Shown piece after piece: positions 57,101-64,000 of a DNA stretch of 64,000 bases. Source of the DNA: Auanema rhodensis. Lineage: Eukaryota; Animalia; Nematoda. The notes under the pieces were generated by a model. The model had not been told where the DNA came from. It did not search any database and saw only the letters and a list, made by a program, of their open reading frames with translations. The stretch covers positions 5,890,001-5,954,000 of the forward strand of contig OZ059896.1 of the NCBI GenBank assembly GCA_964057225.1, given 5' to 3'. The position numbers and the translations under genes were made by a program. Each line of letters starts with the position of its first letter. Position 1 is the stretch's first letter.

Positions 57101-57990
57101 TCGAGGATATAAGTGTGAACTTATATCAGTTGATATCTCGGTGCATTTTTAAGCTAGCGCAAATCTGATAACACAGATCGACGCAGCTTAAAAATCCGCA
57201 TCGCATGCACTATATTACATTGAGAAAAGCTAAATACAAAAATTAGTTATGATCGTTTGGAAAATGATGCATTAGTGTATGTTGAGTTTCCATGTACACT
57301 CAACATTGCTTCCAAAAACATTTTGACAAAAATTTTTTCGAAAAATTTCAAAATAATTTAGTAAAAAGTAGATGTTTTTAGATTCCTTTTTTCAAGGCAA
57401 AGACGATGGACAATGTTATTCAACGAAAAAATTAATTCTTCAGGGTGAAAATCGAGGATATAAGTGTGAACTTATATCAGTTGATATCTCGGTGCATTTT
57501 TAAGCTAGCGCAAATCTGATAACACAGATCGACGCAGCTTAAAAATCCGCATCGCATGCACTATATTACATTGAGAAAAGCTAAATACAAAAATTAGTTA
57601 TGATCGTTTGGAAAATGATGCATTAGTGTATGTTGAGTTTCCATGTACACTCAAAATTGCTTCCAAAAACATTTTGACAAAAATTTTTTCGAAAAATTTC
57701 AAAATAATTTAGTAAAAAGTAGATGTTTTTAGATTCCTTTTTCTAAGGCAAAGACGATGGACAATGTTATTCAACGAAAAAATTAATTCTTCAGGGTGAA
57801 AATCGAGGATATAAGTGTGAACTTATATCAGTTGATATCTCGGTGCATTTTTAAGCTAGCGCAAATCTGATAACACAGATCGACGCAGCTTAAAAATCCG
57901 CATCGCATGCACTATATTACATTGAGAAAAGCTAAATACAAAAATTAGTTATGATCGTTTGGAAAATGATGCATTAGTGTATGTTGAGTT

Positions 57991-60900
57991 TCCATGTACA
58001 CTCAACATTGCTTCCAAAAACATTTTGACAAAAATTTTTTCGAAAAATTTCAAAATAATTTAGCAAAAAATAGATGTTTTTAGATTTCTTTTTTCAAGGC
58101 AAAGACGATGGACAATGTTATTCAACGAAAAAATTAATTCTTTAGGGTGAAAATCGAGGATATAAGTGTGAACTTATATCAGTTGATATCTCGGTGCATT
58201 TTTAAGCTAGCGCAAATCTGATAACACAGATCGACGCAGCTTAAAAATCCGCATCGAATGTACTATACTACATTGAGAAACGCTTAATACAAAAATTAGT
58301 TATGATCGTTTGAAAAATGGTGCATTAGTGTATGTTGAGTTTCCATGTACACTCAACATTGCTTCCAAAAACATTTTGACAAAAATGTTTTCGAAAATAT
58401 TCAAAATAATTTAGCAAAAAGTAGATGTTTTCAAATTCCTTTTTTCAAGGCAAAGACGATGGACAATGTTATTCAACGAAAAAATTAATTCTTCAGGGTG
58501 AAAATCGAGGGTATAAGTGTGAACTTATATCAGTTGATATCTCGGTGCATTTTCAAGCTAGCGCAAATCTGATAACACAGATCGACGCAGCTTAAAAATC
58601 CGCATCGAATGCACTATACTACATTGAGAAACGCTTAATACAAAAATTAGTTATGATCGTTAGAAAAATGATGCATTAGTGTATGTTGAGTTTCCATGTA
58701 CACTCAACATTGCTTCCAAAAACATTTTGACAAAAATTTTTTCGAAAAATTTCAAAATAATTTAGCAAAAAGTAGATGTTTTGAGATTCCTTTTTTCAAG
58801 GCAAAGACGATGGACAATGTTATTCAACGAAAAAATTAATTCTTCAGGGTGAAAATCGAGGATATAAGTGTGAACTTATATCAGTTGATATCTCGGTGCA
58901 TTTTTAAGCTAGCGCAAATCTGATAACACAGATCGACGCAGCTTAAAAATCCGCATCGAATGCACTATACTACATTGAGAAACGCTTAATACAAAAATTA
59001 GTTATGATCGTTTGAAAAATGATGCATTAGTGTATGTTGAGTTTCCATGTACACTCAACATTGCTTCCAAAAACATTTTGACAAAAATTTTTTCGAAAAA
59101 TTTCAAAATAATTTAGCAAAAAGTAGATGTTTTCAGATTCCTTTTTTCAAGGCAAAGACGATGGACAATGTTATTCAACGAAAAAATTAATTCTTCAGGG
59201 TGAAAATCGAGGATATAAGTGTGAACTTATATCAGTTGATATCTCGGTGCATTTTTAAGCTAGCGCAAATCTGATAACACAGATCGACGCAGCTTAAAAA
59301 TCCGCATCGAATGCACTATACCACATTGAGAAACGCTTAATACAAAAATTAGTTATGATCGTTTGAAAAATGATGCATTAGTGTATGTTGAGTTTTCATG
59401 TACACTCAACATTGCTTCCAAAAACATTTTGACAAAAATTTTTTCGAAAAATTTCAAAATAATTTAGCAAAAAGTAGATGTTTTCAGATTCCTTTTTCTA
59501 AGGCAAAGACGATGGACAATGTTATTCAACGAAAAAATTAATTCTTCAAGGTGAAAATCGAGGATATAGGTGTGAACTTATATCAGTTGATATCTCGGTG
59601 CATTTTTAAGCTAGCGCAAATCTGATAACACAGATCGACGCAGCTTAAAAATCCGCATCGAATGCACTATATTCCATTGAGAAAAGCTAAATACAAAAAT
59701 TAGTTATGATCGTTAGAAAAATGATGCATTAGTGTATGTTGAGTTTCCATGTACACTCAACATTGCTTCCAAAAACATTTTGACAAAAATTTTTTCGAAA
59801 AATTTCAAAATAATTTAGTAAAGAGTAGATGTTTTTAGATTCCTTTTTTCAAGGCAAAAACGATAGACAATGTCATTCAACGAAAAAATTGATTCTTCAA
59901 GGTGAAAATCGAGGATATAGGTGTGAACTTATATCAGTTGATATCTCGGTGCATTTTTAAGCTAGCGCAAATCTGATAACACAGATCGACGCAGCTTAAA
60001 AATCCGCATCGAATGCACTATATTCCATTGAGAAAAGCTAAATACAAAAATTAGTTATGATCGTTAGAAAAATGATGCATTAGTGTATGTTGAGTTTCCA
60101 TGTACACTCAACATTGCTTCCAAAAACATTTTGACAAAAATTTTTTCGAAAAATTTCAAAATAATTTAGCAAAAAGTAGATGTTTTTAGATTCCTTTTTT
60201 CAAGGCAAAAACGATGGACAATGTTATTCAACGAAAAAATTGATTCTTCAAGGTGAAAATCGAGGATATAGGTGTGAACTTATATCAGTTGATATCTCGG
60301 TGCATTGTCAAGCTAGCGCAAATCTGATAGTACAGATCGACGCAGCTTAAAAATCCGCATCGAATGCACTATACTACATTGAGAAAAGCTAAATACAAAA
60401 ATTAGTTATGATCGTTTGAAAAATGATGCATTAGTGTATGTTGAGTTTCCATGTACACTCAAAATTGCTTCCAAAAACATTTTGACAAAAATTTTTTCGA
60501 AAAATTTCAAAATAATTTAGTAAAAAGTAGATGTTTTTAGATTCCTTTTTTCAAGGCAAAAACGATAGACAATGTTATTCAACGAAAAAATTAATTCTTC
60601 AGGGTGAAAATCGAGGATATAAGTGTGAACTTATATCAGTTGATATCTCGGTGCATTTTTAAGCTAGCGCAAATCTGATAACACAGATCGACGCAGCTTA
60701 AAAATCCGCATCGCATGCACTATATTACATTGAGAAAAGCTAAATACAAAAATTAGTTATGATCGTTTGAAAAATGATGCATTAGTGTATGTTGAGTTTC
60801 CATGTAAACTCAAAATTGCTTCCAAAAACATTTTGACAAAAATTTTTTCGAAAAATTTGAAAATAATTTAGCAAAAAGTAGATGTTTTTAGATTCCTTTT

Positions 60901-62652
60901 TTCAAGGCAAAAACGATGGACAATGTTATTCAACGAAAAAATTAATTCTTCAGGGTAAAAATCGAGGATATAGGTGTGAAATTATATCAGTTGATATCTC
61001 GGTGCATTTTCAAGCTAGCGCAAATCTGATAGTACAGATCGACGCAGCTTAAAAATCCGCATCGCATGCACTATATTACATTGAGAAAAGCTAAATACAA
61101 AAATTAGTTATGATCGTTTGGAAAATGATGCATTAGTGTATGTTGAGTTTCCATGTACACTCAACATTGCTTCCAAAAACATTTTGACAAAAATTTTTTC
61201 GAAAAATTTCAAAATAATTTAGCAAAAAATAGATGTTTTTAGATTTCTTTTTTCAAGGCAAAGACGATGGACAATGTTATTCAACGAAAAAATTAATTCT
61301 TTAGGGTGAAAATCGAGGATATAAGTGTGAACTTATATCAGTTGATATCTCGGTGCATTTTTAAGCTAGCGCAAATCTGATAACACAGATCGACGCAGCT
61401 TAAAAATCCGCATCGAATGTACTATACTACATTGAGAAACGCTTAATACAAAAATTAGTTATGATCGTTTGAAAAATGGTGCATTAGTGTATGTTGAGTT
61501 TCCATGTACACTCAACATTGCTTCCAAAAACATTTTGACAAAAATTTTTTCGAAAAATTTCAAAATAATTTAGCAAAAAGTAGATGTTTTCAAATTCCTT
61601 TTTTCAAGGCAAAGACGATGGACAATGTTATTCAACGAAAAAATTAATTCTTCAGGGTGAAAATCGAGGGTATAAGTGTGAACTTATATCAGTTGATATC
61701 TCGGTGCATTTTTAAGCTAGCGCAAATCTGATAACACAGATCGACGCAGCTTAAAAATCCGCATCGAATGCACTATACTACATTGAGAAACGCTTAATAC
61801 AAAAATTAGTTATGATCGTTAGAAAAATGATGCATTAGTGTATGTTGAGTTTCCATGTACACTCAACATTGCTTCCAAAAACATTTTGACAAAAATTTTT
61901 TCGAAAAATTTCAAAATAATTTAGCAAAAAGTAGATGTTTTGAGATTCCTTTTTTCAAGGCAAAGACGATGGACAATGTTATTCAACGAAAAAATTAATT
62001 CTTCAGGGTGAAAATCGAGGATATAAGTGTGAACTTATATCAGTTGATATCTCGGTGCATTTTTAAGCTAGCGCAAATCTGATAACACAGATCGACGCAG
62101 CTTAAAAATCCGCATCGAATGCACTATACTACATTGAGAAACGCTTAATACAAAAATTAGTTATGATCGTTTGAAAAATGATGCATTAGTGTATGTTGAG
62201 TTTCCATGTACACTCAACATTGCTTCCAAAAACATTTTGACAAAAATTTTTTCGAAAAATTTCAAAATAATTTAGCAAAAAGTAGATGTTTTCAGATTCC
62301 TTTTTTCAAGGCAAAGACGATGGACAATGTTATTCAACGAAAAAATTAATTCTTCAGGGTGAAAATCGAGGATATAAGTGTGAACTTATATCAGTTGATA
62401 TCTCGGTGCATTTTTAAGCTAGCGCAAATCTGATAACACAGATCGACGCAGCTTAAAAATCCGCATCGAATGCACTATACCACATTGAGAAACGCTTAAT
62501 ACAAAAATTAGTTATGATCGTTTGAAAAATGATGCATTAGTGTATGTTGAGTTTTCATGTACACTCAACATTGCTTCCAAAAACATTTTGACAAAAATTT
62601 TTTCGAAAAATTTCAAAATAATTTAGCAAAAAGTAGATGTTTTCAGATTCCT
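57991..62652 (+). repeat. Diverged ~4-5-monomer block repeated at a 9-monomer (3159 bp) offset; second copy truncated by the array end
   Basis: Markers aaaaaatagatg, tctttaggg, gaatgtact, aaatggtgc, gagggtata, ttgagattcc, ataccacatt and ttttcatg occur in the same order from 57991 and from 61150. Confidence 0.9.
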
Positions 62653-62656
62653 CAGA

Positions 62657-63075
62657 CGCATCTCTTTATCTTTCACGTGAAGCGAGTTACATACCAAGTG
62701 CACATCACGTGTACATTTAATTAGCATAAATTAAAGTTCACGTAAATTTCAAAGTCATGGTTACCATGCACCAATATGAATAAAAATTTGTTTTTAGACT
62801 AATATGGACATGGGGAATCTAATTTTGAAAACCGCATCTTTTTATCTTTCACGTGAAGCGAGTTACATACCAGGTGCACATCACATGTACATTTAATTAG
62901 CATAAATTAAAGTTCACGTAAATTTCAAAGTCATGGTTACCATGCACCAATATGAATAAAAATTTGTTTTTAGACTAATATGGACATGGGGAATCTAATT
63001 TTGAAAACCGCATCTTTTTATTTTCCACGTGAAGCGAGTTACATACCAAGTGCACATCACGTTTATATTTAATTA
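62657..63075 (+). repeat. Second tandem repeat with a 176-bp unit, about 2.4 copies
   Basis: cacgtgaagcgagttacatacc starts at 62674, 62850 and 63026 (period 176). Copies differ at only a few positions (e.g. ccaagtg/ccaggtg, cacgtgtac/cacatgtac/cacgtttat). The sequence is not a copy of the 351-bp monomer. Confidence 0.97.
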
Positions 63076-63281
63076 CTTTAATTTATGCTGATTAAATGTA
63101 CATGTGATGTGCACCTGGTATGTAACTCGCTTCACGTGAAAGATAAAAAGATGCGGTTTTCAAAATTAGATTCCCCATGTCCATATTAGTCTAAAAACAA
63201 ATTTTTATTCATATTGGTGCATGGTAACCATGACTTTGAAATTTACGTGAACTTTAATTTATGCTAATTAAATGTACACGT
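63075..63281 (-). repeat. Inverted 176-bp repeat, about 1.2 copies (207 bp)
   Basis: Reverse complement of 62707-62913 with one mismatch (63090). actttaattt occurs at 63075 and 63251 (period 176). Confidence 0.96.
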
Positions 63282-64000
63282 ATATCCTCGATTTTCACCC
63301 TGAAGAATTAATTTTTTCGTTGAATAACATTGTCCATCGTCTTTGCCTTAAAAAAAGGAATCTGAAAACATCTACTTTTTGCTAAATTATTTTGAAATTT
63401 TTCGAAAAAATTTTTGTCAAAATGTTTTTGGAAGCAATGTTGAGTGTACATGAAAACTCAACATACACTAATGCATCATTTTTCAAACGATCATAACTAA
63501 TTTTTGTATTAAGCGTTTCTCAATGTGGTATAGTGCATTCGATGCGGATTTTTAAGCTGCGTCGATCTGTGTTATCAGATTTGCGCTAGCTTAAAAATGC
63601 ACCGAGATATCAACTGATATAAGTTCACACTTATATCCTCGATTTTCACCCTGAAGAATTAATTTTTTCGTTGAATAACATTGTCCATCGTCTTTGCCTT
63701 GAAAAAAGGAATCTGAAAACATCTACTTTTCGCTAAATTATTTTGAAATTTTTCGAAAAAATTTTTGTCAAAATGTTTTTGGAAGCAATGTTGAGTGTAC
63801 ATGGAAACTCAACATACACTAATGCATCATTTTTCAAACGATCATAACTAAATTTTGTATTGAGCGTTTCTCAATGTAGTATAGTGCATTCGATGCGGAT
63901 TTTTAAGCTGCGTCAATCTGTGTTATCAGATTTGCGCTAGCTTAAAAATGCACCGAGATATCAACTGATATAAGTTCACACTTATATCCTCGATTTTCAC
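63281..64000 (-). repeat. 351-bp satellite in inverted orientation (about 2 monomers, runs off the right window edge)
   Basis: tatatcctcgattttcaccc is the reverse complement of monomer positions 155-174. Monomer position 1 maps to 63454 and 63805 (period 351). Confidence 0.99.

Larger units (their letters stand above)
1..62652 (+). repeat. Tandem satellite DNA array, 351-bp monomer, 179 monomers plus a 99-bp partial (array continues beyond the left window edge)
   Basis: The motif tccatgtacactca recurs at 1, 352, 703, 1054, 1405, 1756 and so on to 62554. Monomer 1 has 106/351 G+C (30%). All six reading frames contain stops within one monomer. (62553 + 276 bp net indels)/351 = 179 exactly. Confidence 0.99.
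62008..64000. other. Macro inverted repeat (array orientation switch): outer arms of 351-bp satellite, inner arms of 176-bp repeat
   Basis: 62008-62652 mirrors 63356-64000 (4 differences seen) and 62707-62913 mirrors 63075-63281. The two mirror axes fall at about 63004 and 62994. Confidence 0.93.

Noticed and set aside
1-62652. 351 is a multiple of 3, suggesting a giant repetitive protein of 117-aa units
   Set aside because: All three plus frames stop early (tag 91, tag 71, tga 36), and tca/tta at 12, 70 and 104 give stops in all three minus frames. Frameshifting 8-bp and 1-bp indels are also tolerated.
1-62652. CRISPR-like array or information-storing variable cassette
   Set aside because: There are no unique spacers. 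The whole unit repeats, variation is limited to SNPs and small indels explained by duplication and recombination, and no cas or other genes are present.
62653-63281. MITE or fold-back transposon insertion with terminal inverted repeats
   Set aside because: The inverted segments are internal tandem units, not matched termini. There is no target-site duplication, and the flanks are in opposite orientation, which simple insertion would not cause.
63075-64000. Pure sequencing fold-back (chimeric read) artefact
   Set aside because: Disfavoured, not excluded. The arms have different junctions, the right arm has 75 bp of monomer absent from the left arm, and it carries its own substitutions. Read-level confirmation is still needed.

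Overview
This window contains no genes. It is almost entirely a eukaryotic-type satellite DNA array: 179 head-to-tail monomers of a 351-bp, ~30% GC unit plus a 99-bp partial copy (1-62652). The count closes exactly once eleven 8-bp deletions, two 90-bp deletions, nine 1-bp deletions and one 1-bp insertion are allowed for. Monomers are nearly identical, but diagnostic variants reveal local 2-, 3-, 5-, 6-, 8-, 9- and 10-monomer duplications, longer-range block reuse, and a more diverged terminal zone after ~56 kb. The most unusual structure is at 62.6-64 kb. The 351-bp array stops and about 2.4 copies of a different 176-bp repeat follow. That repeat flips orientation at 63075, at its own small internal hairpin, and the 351-bp satellite then resumes on the minus strand carrying the same rare alleles as the last plus-strand monomers. 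The result is a nested macro-palindrome with a second satellite at the hinge. The organism and satellite family cannot be named from sequence alone, and centromeric or heterochromatic function is inference only.
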